This document shows positions 1 to 6,600 of a stretch of DNA of 15,158 nucleotides, piece by piece. Position numbers and translations under genes: made by a program. The notes beneath the pieces are model-generated. The model saw only the letters and a list, made by a program, of their open reading frames with translations, had not been told where the DNA came from and did not search any database. Location: assembly GCA_965660855.1 (NCBI GenBank), contig CBFIBM010000016.1, forward strand, positions 948 to 16,105, given 5' to 3'. Source of the DNA: an uncultured bacterium. Lineage in GTDB: Bacteria > Fidelibacterota > Marinisomatia > Marinisomatales > UBA1611. The stretch's first letter is position 1; each line of letters starts with the position of its first letter.

Positions 1-156
1 AGAACCAACTTGAACAGCTTCGTAGCCATCAATAGCTTTATTTTTAACCTGCACAACTGTGCAAGGAAGAACCTCAATGACAGTAACAGGAACGACGTCA
101 TTATTATCTCTAAAAATTCTTGTCATACCTATCTTTTTCCCAATTAAACCTCGCAT
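1..156 (-). CDS. rplC: 50S ribosomal protein L3 (uL3), N-terminal part; runs off the left edge of the window
   Basis: Not in the ORF track. Manual translation from ATG at 156 gives [52 protein letters not shown], with the L3 motifs GxKxGMT, VPVTVI and DGYxAVQ. It lies 2 nt downstream of rpsJ, matching S10 cluster order. Confidence 0.97.
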   Translation of the reverse strand, partial: MRGLIGKKIGMTRIFRDNNDVVPVTVIEVLPCTVVQVKNKAIDGYEAVQVGS

Positions 157-158
157 AA

Positions 159-467
159 TCAAACCTTTATCTCAATATCGACACCAGCAGGAAGATCTAA
201 TTTCATTAAAGATTCAACTGTCTTAGGCGTTGAATTAAGGATATCTATTAATCTTTTGTGTATCTTAGTCTGGAATTGCTCTCTAGACTTTTTGTTAACG
301 TGAGGAGAACGCAGAACTGTGTAAATAGACCTTTTAGATGGAAGAGGTATTGGACCAGATATAATAGCTCCTGTTGATTTCGCTGTTTTAACAATCTTCT
401 CTGTTGATTTATCCAACAGAATATGATCATACGCTCTTAAACTTATTCTTATTGTTTGATTGGCCAT
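159..467 (-). CDS. rpsJ: 30S ribosomal protein S10 (uS10/NusE)
   Basis: 102 aa with [30 protein letters not shown] and [10 protein letters not shown] motifs. Confidence 0.99.
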   Translation of the reverse strand: MANQTIRISLRAYDHILLDKSTEKIVKTAKSTGAIISGPIPLPSKRSIYTVLRSPHVNKKSREQFQTKIHKRLIDILNSTPKTVESLMKLDLPAGVDIEIKV

Positions 468-483
468 TTAAGTTTACTTAACC

Positions 484-1674
484 TTATTCAGATATTTCAG
501 TAACAACACCAGCTCCAACAGTATGCCCGCCTTCGCGAATAGCAAAGCGAAGCTCCTTATCCATCGCTATTGGTGTAATTAACTCAACATCAAATTCTAC
601 GTTATCTCCAGGCATTACCATCTCCGTACCAGCTGCCAAGGTGACAACTCCAGTTACATCTGTTGTACGAAAATAAAATTGTGGACGATAACCATTAAAA
701 AATGGAGTATGCCTCCCTCCTTCATCTTTTTTCAAAACATAAACACTTGCCTTGAATTTTGTATGAGGAGTTATTGAACCTGGAGCAGCTAAAACCATAC
801 CTCTATGGAGATCTTCTTTATCTATCCCACGAAGAAGAAGACCTGCATTATCACCAGCCCTTCCTTCATCCAATAACTTTCTAAACATCTCTACCCCAGT
901 TACAGTTGTTTTTGTATCTTTACCCATACCCAATATAGAAATCTCATCCCCAGTCTTGACAATACCTCTTTCAATCCGACCTGTACCAACAGTACCACGA
1001 CCAGTTATCGAAAAAACATCCTCCACCGGCATTAAAAAAGGCTTATCAATATCACGTTCTGGCTCTGGTATAAATGAATCACAAGCAGACATTAAATCAA
1101 TAATACATTTATTCGCAGATTCATCGCTTGGTGCATTAAGAGCCCCCAATGCAGAACCTTTAATAATTGGAGTGTCGTCTCCAGGAAATTGATATTCATT
1201 TAATAAGTCACGAAGCTCCATCTCTACAAGCTCAACCAACTCTTCATCATCTACCTGATCAGTTTTATTCATAAAAATCACAATAGAAGGGACATTAACC
1301 TGCTTTGCTAATAAAACATGTTCGCGCGTCTGTGGCATTGGACCATCTGCAGCAGAAACCACTAAAACAGCACCATCCATTTGAGCAGCTCCAGTTATCA
1401 TATTTTTAATGTAATCAGCGTGACCAGGACAATCAACATGAGCATAATGCCTATTTTCAGTCTCATATTCAACATGAGCAGTCTGAATAGTGATACCACG
1501 TTCTCTTTCTTCAGGTGCATTGTCAATATTATCAAATGCCATAGCCTCTGCAAAACCACGAGCAGATTGTACCATAGTAATTGCTGCGGTGAGCGTAGTC
1601 TTACCATGATCAACATGACCAATAGTACCTATATTTACATGCGGCTTATTTCTTTCAAATTTTTCTTTAGCCAT
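484..1674 (-). CDS. tuf: Elongation factor Tu
   Basis: 396 aa with [10 protein letters not shown]-loop, [13 protein letters not shown], NKxD, GGRHTPFF and FAIREGG. Confidence 0.99.
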   Translation of the reverse strand: MAKEKFERNKPHVNIGTIGHVDHGKTTLTAAITMVQSARGFAEAMAFDNIDNAPEERERGITIQTAHVEYETENRHYAHVDCPGHADYIKNMITGAAQMDGAVLVVSAADGPMPQTREHVLLAKQVNVPSIVIFMNKTDQVDDEELVELVEMELRDLLNEYQFPGDDTPIIKGSALGALNAPSDESANKCIIDLMSACDSFIPEPERDIDKPFLMPVEDVFSITGRGTVGTGRIERGIVKTGDEISILGMGKDTKTTVTGVEMFRKLLDEGRAGDNAGLLLRGIDKEDLHRGMVLAAPGSITPHTKFKASVYVLKKDEGGRHTPFFNGYRPQFYFRTTDVTGVVTLAAGTEMVMPGDNVEFDVELITPIAMDKELRFAIREGGHTVGAGVVTEISE

Positions 1675-1681
1675 TACATAA

Positions 1682-1685
1682 CTCC
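1682..1685 (-). promoter_or_regulatory. Shine-Dalgarno site of tuf
   Basis: Minus-strand GGAG located 7 nt upstream of the tuf ATG. Confidence 0.65.
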
Positions 1686-1750
1686 AACTTTATTATTTTA
1701 AACTTTACTTCTCTGCTACTTCTAATTCTTAACAAAACAAAAACAATCTG

Positions 1751-1823
1751 AGCCTACGACCGGATTTGAACCGGTGACCTTTTCCTTACCAAGGAAGTGC
1801 TCTACCTACTGAGCTACGCAGGC
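1751..1823 (-). tRNA. tRNA-Thr(GGT)
   Basis: Reverse complement GCCTGCGTAGCTCAGTAGGTAGAGCACTTCCTTGGTAAGGAAAAGGTCACCGGTTCAAATCCGGTCGTAGGCT folds as a cloverleaf with anticodon loop TT-GGT-AA. No encoded CCA. Confidence 0.96.
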
Positions 1824-1829
1824 ATAATG

Positions 1830-1900
1830 AGCGAGTGATCGGGATCGAACCGACATCACCAGCTTGGAAGGCTGGGGTTCTACCATTGAACTACACTCGC
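1830..1900 (-). tRNA. tRNA-Gly(TCC)
   Basis: Reverse complement GCGAGTGTAGTTCAATGGTAGAACCCCAGCCTTCCAAGCTGGTGATGTCGGTTCGATCCCGATCACTCGCT has anticodon TCC. No encoded CCA. Confidence 0.97.
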
Positions 1901-1906
1901 AAACCG

Positions 1907-1989
1907 TGGGGAGAGCAGGATTCGAACCTACGAAGGCATACGCCGGCAGATTTACAGTCTGCTCCCTTTGGCCGCTCGGGCATCTCCCC
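1907..1989 (-). tRNA. tRNA-Tyr(GTA)
   Basis: Reverse complement GGGGAGATGCCCGAGCGGCCAAAGGGAGCAGACTGTAAATCTGCCGGCGTATGCCTTCGTAGGTTCGAATCCTGCTCTCCCCA has anticodon GTA and the long variable arm of bacterial tRNA-Tyr. Confidence 0.97.
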
Positions 1990-2019
1990 GATTTTTTTTC
2001 AATAAGCTACCAGATTTTG

Positions 2020-2092
2020 AGCCACCGAGAGGACTCGAACCTCCGACCGACTGATTACAAATCAGTTGCTCTACCAACTGAGCTACAGTGGC
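2020..2092 (-). tRNA. tRNA-Thr(TGT)
   Basis: Reverse complement GCCACTGTAGCTCAGTTGGTAGAGCAACTGATTTGTAATCAGTCGGTCGGAGGTTCGAGTCCTCTCGGTGGCT has anticodon TGT. No encoded CCA. Confidence 0.97.
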
Positions 2093-2176
2093 AATCTTAA
2101 TAACTTTACCGTAAAATTATCTGTTTCAAATATAAATTTAATAACGAAGATAAGATCACTTAGTGCAAAGCCTCGT

Positions 2177-2206
2177 AAATTAATACAAGTTTATAAAAAA
2201 ATTCAA
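2177..2206 (-). promoter_or_regulatory. Candidate sigma70-type promoter for the tRNA-tuf-S10 transcript
   Basis: Minus-strand TTGAAT (2206-2201)-N18-TAATTT (2182-2177) with AT-rich upstream DNA, in the cysS-tRNA gap. Chance matches are likely in AT-rich DNA. Confidence 0.35.
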
Positions 2207-2219
2207 TAAATAAATTATT

Positions 2220-3608
2220 TTATTTTTTTACCAATTTCTGTCCATCTTTTGCATCTACAACTGTCCAACCTAAATCAACAATCTTTTGACGGTACTTATC
2301 TGAGAGTTCCCAGTTTTTAGAATTTCTAGCCTTAGATCTTTTGTCTAAAAGATTCAATATCTTTTCAGGTATCTTATCTTTATGAATATTAATAAAATCA
2401 AATATATCGTTAAAGACTATCATAAACCTCCATGCTTCTCCAAGTTCTTTAGTTGAAATCATATTGTTTTCAATATCCTTTAACACCTTCTTCATCCAAA
2501 TAAAGAAAACAGCCAAGGCCTCTGGAACATTTAAATCCTTATTCATCCTATCTCTAAATTGCCTATATTGATGAGGCAAGGTTTTACCACTAATTTTATT
2601 TGCATTTTTACTTTTTAAAAGATTATGGAAATTTGCAAATCTTGAAATAACCTTATCGCTTTCAATCTTTTTTTTCTTTGAGAAAACAACTTTACTCCTG
2701 TAATGGCTTGATAATAATTGATAGCGCACAGATTCTGGATAGAAACCCATGGCTTGTAAATCACTTATTGTATAAATATTACCAATTGATTTACTCATTT
2801 TAGCATCATCTACGATAAGATGTTCTGAATGCATCCAATAATTCACAAACTTTTTACCAGTTATGGATTCTGACTGAGCAATTTCATTTTCATGATGAGG
2901 AAAAATATTATCGACACCACCACAATGTATATCAAAAGTTTCTCCTAATTCAGCCATACTCATAGCAGAACATTCAATATGCCAACCAGGCCTCCCTTTA
3001 CCCCATGGCGAATCCCAATAATTACTTCCATCGCTTTCCTTATGTGCTTTCCAGAGTACAAAATCCTGAACTGATTTTTTTTGATATTCGTCATCTTGCA
3101 GGCGACTATTATTTTTTGCATTATCCAAGACTAAATTAGTTAATTTTCCATAATCTGATATTGAACTAATATTAAAATAAACGGAACCATCTTTTTCCAA
3201 ATACGCAAAATCTGTTTTAATTAATTTTTCAATTAAAATAATAATCTCAGAAATGTGGCTAGTTGCTCTGGGATAAGATGTGGCAGGGAGAATTTTTAAC
3301 CAATCAGAATCTTTAAAAAATTTAGCTGTATACTTTACGGTAATGTCACTTAAATCCGCTTTTGCGTCCGCTGCTCTTTTTATTGTTTTGTCATCAATAT
3401 CTGTAATATTCATAATATGCTTTACATGATAACCAAGATGTTTTAACCAGCGTTTTAATAAATCTTCAAATAAAAATGTTCTGAAATTTCCGATGTGAGC
3501 ATTATCATAAACAGTTGGTCCACAGGTATACATCTTAACTTTTTTATTATTTAAAGGAATAAATTTTTCTATTTTTTTTGATAACGTATTATATATGTGC
3601 AATGTCAT
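2220..3608 (-). CDS. cysS: Cysteine--tRNA ligase
   Basis: YTCGPTVY, HIGN, GRPGWHIECSAM, FPHHENE and KMSKS motifs; the zinc ligands are intact. Confidence 0.99.
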   Translation of the reverse strand: MTLHIYNTLSKKIEKFIPLNNKKVKMYTCGPTVYDNAHIGNFRTFLFEDLLKRWLKHLGYHVKHIMNITDIDDKTIKRAADAKADLSDITVKYTAKFFKDSDWLKILPATSYPRATSHISEIIILIEKLIKTDFAYLEKDGSVYFNISSISDYGKLTNLVLDNAKNNSRLQDDEYQKKSVQDFVLWKAHKESDGSNYWDSPWGKGRPGWHIECSAMSMAELGETFDIHCGGVDNIFPHHENEIAQSESITGKKFVNYWMHSEHLIVDDAKMSKSIGNIYTISDLQAMGFYPESVRYQLLSSHYRSKVVFSKKKKIESDKVISRFANFHNLLKSKNANKISGKTLPHQYRQFRDRMNKDLNVPEALAVFFIWMKKVLKDIENNMISTKELGEAWRFMIVFNDIFDFINIHKDKIPEKILNLLDKRSKARNSKNWELSDKYRQKIVDLGWTVVDAKDGQKLVKK

Positions 3609-4499
3609 TTATAAAATTTTTTTTATTATTTTTGATATTAAATCTTTAAATGGTATACCCGCTACTGCTGCTGACTTTGGTAATAAACTTGTTTCAGTCA
3701 TTCCAGGAAGAGTATTCATCTCGAGAAAGTAATAATTATCATTGTCGTCCAACAAAAAATCTGCTCTCCCATAACCACTACAACCTAACTCTTTAAAAAT
3801 TAATTCTGAATCTTTTTTAATATTATAATCGACAATTGGATTTAAATTTGCAGGACATAAATAATTACTTTTACCTGGTGTGTATTTACATTCATAGTCA
3901 TATATCCTTTTTGATGGAATAATTTCTATAATTGGTAAAGCACAGTCATCAAGAATCGAAACTGCTAATTCCCTTCCCGTAATGTAAGTTTCTACTAACA
4001 CATCTTTTGAAAATTTCAATGATTGTTTAATTGATTTTTTTATCATACCTTTATTTTCTACAATTGATAAACCTACTGTACTCCCTTGTTCATTTGGCTT
4101 AACTATATACGGAAAATCTATTTTAGGAATAATTGAAGAATCATTTACTAGCTTCCATTTTGGAGTTCTTAAACCAATTATATGAGCAATACGTTTAGCT
4201 TTCTCTTTATTCATACACAATTTTGATGAGGTTTCATCTGACCCCGTAAACTTAATATTATTAGCTTTTAAAAAAGATTGAACTTTCCCGTTTTCTCCAG
4301 CTCCACCATGAAGAGCATTAAATATAATATCAACGTTCCTCGCGCTTTTAATTAAACTTGAATTTTCGCCTTCGAAAAAAATTTTTTTTACTGAAAAATT
4401 ATTTTTCATACATGCATCTATAACTGCATTTCCAGACGCTAGGGAGACTTCTTTCTCTTCGCTTAGCCCGCCCATCAGTACACCAACTTTCAATTGCAT
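3609..4499 (-). CDS. ddl: D-alanine--D-alanine ligase (short DdlB type)
   Basis: GGxSxExEVS, ALHGGxGENG, VKPxxxGSTVG, YDYECKY and LEMNTLPGMT motifs. Its stop codon abuts the cysS ATG. Confidence 0.97.
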   Translation of the reverse strand: MQLKVGVLMGGLSEEKEVSLASGNAVIDACMKNNFSVKKIFFEGENSSLIKSARNVDIIFNALHGGAGENGKVQSFLKANNIKFTGSDETSSKLCMNKEKAKRIAHIIGLRTPKWKLVNDSSIIPKIDFPYIVKPNEQGSTVGLSIVENKGMIKKSIKQSLKFSKDVLVETYITGRELAVSILDDCALPIIEIIPSKRIYDYECKYTPGKSNYLCPANLNPIVDYNIKKDSELIFKELGCSGYGRADFLLDDNDNYYFLEMNTLPGMTETSLLPKSAAVAGIPFKDLISKIIKKIL

Positions 4500-5038
4500 A
4501 AAATTTCTGCTCCATGATTTAAATCTTTGGCTATAAAAGATGGCTGAGAATCTTTATCAAGCAACTTTAATGTTTCATTCCCATTACCTGTCAAAACTAG
4601 CATCGTATCCATACCTAAGTTTGACCCAGCAATAATATCGACTTTTGAATCACCAACCATTAAACATTTTTCAAGATCTAAGTTATGATGTTTTTTAGCT
4701 TCTAAAAACATACCTGCATTTGGCTTTCTTCTAAATGTTGATTTATCTGGAAGATCTTTACAAAAGTAAATTCCTAACAATGGTATTGATAATCTTTTAA
4801 ACTGTTCTTCGATGTATTTGTGAATTATTTTTAAATTCTCAATCCTAATTAAGCCTCTAGAAACCCCTGATTGGTTTGTAATTATACAAAATACATTCCC
4901 TTGCTCTGATATTTTTTTAAGAGAGTTTAAAGCACCATCAAAAAATTTAAAATCTTTTAAAGAACTAATATAACCAGGGGGTGGATCTAGATTTAAAGTC
5001 CCATCTCTATCAAGGAAAATACAATTATACTTTTTCAT
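4490..5038 (-). CDS. gmhB: HAD-IIIA phosphatase of the GmhB family (D-glycero-D-manno-heptose 1,7-bisphosphate phosphatase-like)
   Basis: FLDRDGTLN, ITNQSG, RKPxxGM and MVGDxxxD motifs. Start taken as ATG at 5038; the track uses TTG at 5041. The CxH...CxC zinc motif is absent. Confidence 0.8.
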   Translation of the reverse strand: MKKYNCIFLDRDGTLNLDPPPGYISSLKDFKFFDGALNSLKKISEQGNVFCIITNQSGVSRGLIRIENLKIIHKYIEEQFKRLSIPLLGIYFCKDLPDKSTFRRKPNAGMFLEAKKHHNLDLEKCLMVGDSKVDIIAGSNLGMDTMLVLTGNGNETLKLLDKDSQPSFIAKDLNHGAEILCN

Positions 5039-5042
5039 CAAT

Positions 5043-6017
5043 CTATGATTTTATTGGTTTAAGATCTTTCAAAGTATATGTATTCCTAAAAAAATAAAAA
5101 GCCCCAATAATAACTAAAGGAAAATAGGAGATAGCATGTGATATGATAGCGTAAGTTAATGCCTTATTACTCTCTATCAAGAAAATAGCCATCAATCCAT
5201 ACTTAACACTCGCATCGTATGTACCTGCAGAGCCTGGAAGAGCTGGTATACCTAAGGATAAACTACCAATGATAAAAAGAATTATAGTTTCAGGAGAATT
5301 CAATTCTATGTCGCAACTAATTAAAATAATTTTTGTAATTAAAATATAAATACTCCATAAAAATAAACTATAAAAAATTAATTTTAATTTATTGTCTGTA
5401 TTTTGCATAATCTTAAAACTGTTATAAATATTTTTGACTATCTTATAAAAGAAATTCAATATTTTTGAATTTGAATCCTTATTAAATAAATTGAATGATA
5501 ATAAATTAATTTTTAAAAACAAAAAAAGTGCTATTGAAATAACCAAGGTAGCTATGCCAAATGTCATTATGCCTAGTTTTATAGCTTTATTATCAAAGGG
5601 AAACCATGGTATAACTACAATAAAAAGAAGCAAAACCATTAATAAATCTAAGAATCTTTCTATAATTACTGTTCCAAAAGCTTGCGCCGTATCTATTTTA
5701 CTATTTTTAGATACACTATAAGCTTTTAGCAATTCACCTAATCTAAATGCTAGTAGACCATTACCAAAATACCCTATCATTGTTGAACTAAAAATTTTAT
5801 TAATTGAAATATTCTCTAATGGGTTAATTAAAATTTGCCATCTATAAGCTCTAATTAGACAAGAAAAAATTAATAAGAGGGTTGAAATAATTAATCCCAG
5901 ATAATTCACATTCTTAAACTCATTAAATAAATTTTCTACATTTGTATCTAAAAAGGCAATGTAGATTCCCGTGAAACTAAGTATTGTTGCAATTGTGAGC
6001 TTTAAATATTTATTCAC
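5043..6017 (-). CDS. UPF0104 / lysylphosphatidylglycerol synthase TM-domain (flippase-like) membrane protein
   Basis: Multiple hydrophobic helices plus family motifs RAYRW, GYFGNxLLxFRLGE, GTVIIERxxD and PGxxGTYD. Confidence 0.85.
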   Translation of the reverse strand: MNKYLKLTIATILSFTGIYIAFLDTNVENLFNEFKNVNYLGLIISTLLLIFSCLIRAYRWQILINPLENISINKIFSSTMIGYFGNGLLAFRLGELLKAYSVSKNSKIDTAQAFGTVIIERFLDLLMVLLLFIVVIPWFPFDNKAIKLGIMTFGIATLVISIALFLFLKINLLSFNLFNKDSNSKILNFFYKIVKNIYNSFKIMQNTDNKLKLIFYSLFLWSIYILITKIILISCDIELNSPETIILFIIGSLSLGIPALPGSAGTYDASVKYGLMAIFLIESNKALTYAIISHAISYFPLVIIGAFYFFRNTYTLKDLKPIKS

Positions 6018-6600
6018 GAAAATCTATAAAATCGTAACCTAGAGTATCAAGAGTATCTGTTTTAAAAGATTGTATTTCTAAAGTACTTTCAAAAATAATA
6101 TAAATAATTGAATCCGAATTATAACCTTTTATAGATATCTTTTTAGGTTGTCCTGAAATATTATGCACTTTTAAACTTCCAGTGTAACCAAATGATTCTA
6201 AATCAAAATTAAATGTGGAATAAATCGAATCAGAAAGAATTTCATTAAATTGATTTGCATAATTACCAGAAAAAATAAAATCGAAAATAGTCAACTCATC
6301 AACTAAAGGTTCATCGTATATAATTTGTTTATTCTTTTTATTTATAGTTTTGATAAAATTTTTTGTATAAAAAATTCTTTGATCAGTATTATCAAAAATT
6401 ACATTATCATGAGATTTAAAATAAATTTCACCCTTTTCTGATATACTCTCTCCAAATTGAGAATGTCCATATTCAACTCTAAAAAATGACCCAATACTAT
6501 TTTCCATGTATTTTTTAAAATTTGTATAAACAGGATTACTAAAGATTAGGTTTGAATAAATAATTGATGACAATACTGAGAACCTTATTTTATTAATCAT
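6010..6600 (-). CDS. Divergent LolA-like periplasmic lipoprotein carrier
   Basis: Signal-peptide-like N-terminus, about 200 aa, pattern GEIYFK...DQRIFY...NKQIIYD resembling the LolA beta-sheet. It overlaps the ftsK stop by 8 nt, matching conserved ftsK-lolA synteny. Confidence 0.65.
   Translation of the reverse strand: MINKIRFSVLSSIIYSNLIFSNPVYTNFKKYMENSIGSFFRVEYGHSQFGESISEKGEIYFKSHDNVIFDNTDQRIFYTKNFIKTINKKNKQIIYDEPLVDELTIFDFIFSGNYANQFNEILSDSIYSTFNFDLESFGYTGSLKVHNISGQPKKISIKGYNSDSIIYIIFESTLEIQSFKTDTLDTLGYDFIDFRE

Noticed and set aside
248..1701. Short alternative-frame or antisense ORFs over rpsJ and tuf (248-430, 956-1192, 1381-1701, 1398-1622)
   Set aside because: They lie within, or almost entirely within, highly conserved genes and show no recognisable motifs. 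Codon bias explains them.
1864..2100. 78-aa plus-strand ORF
   Set aside because: It is the antisense shadow of the tRNA-Gly/Tyr/Thr genes. Peptides such as GRAGFEP and EDSNLRPTDYKSVALPTEL are typical translations of reverse-complemented tRNAs.
2127..2169. Bacteroidetes-type promoter (TTTG ... TATATTTG) upstream of the tRNA cluster
   Set aside because: The -7-like TATATTTG is present, but the nearest upstream TTTG is 31 nt away, well beyond the usual spacing of about 19-21 nt.
1675..2219. tRNA cluster as an integration site for an island or prophage
   Set aside because: There is no integrase, no duplicated tRNA 3' end and no foreign gene block; the flanking genes are core cysS and tuf.
3882..3902. 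Ddl as a D-Ala-D-Lac (vancomycin-resistance type) ligase
   Set aside because: The omega loop YDYECKY keeps the Tyr typical of D-Ala-D-Ala ligases, and there are no van genes in the window.
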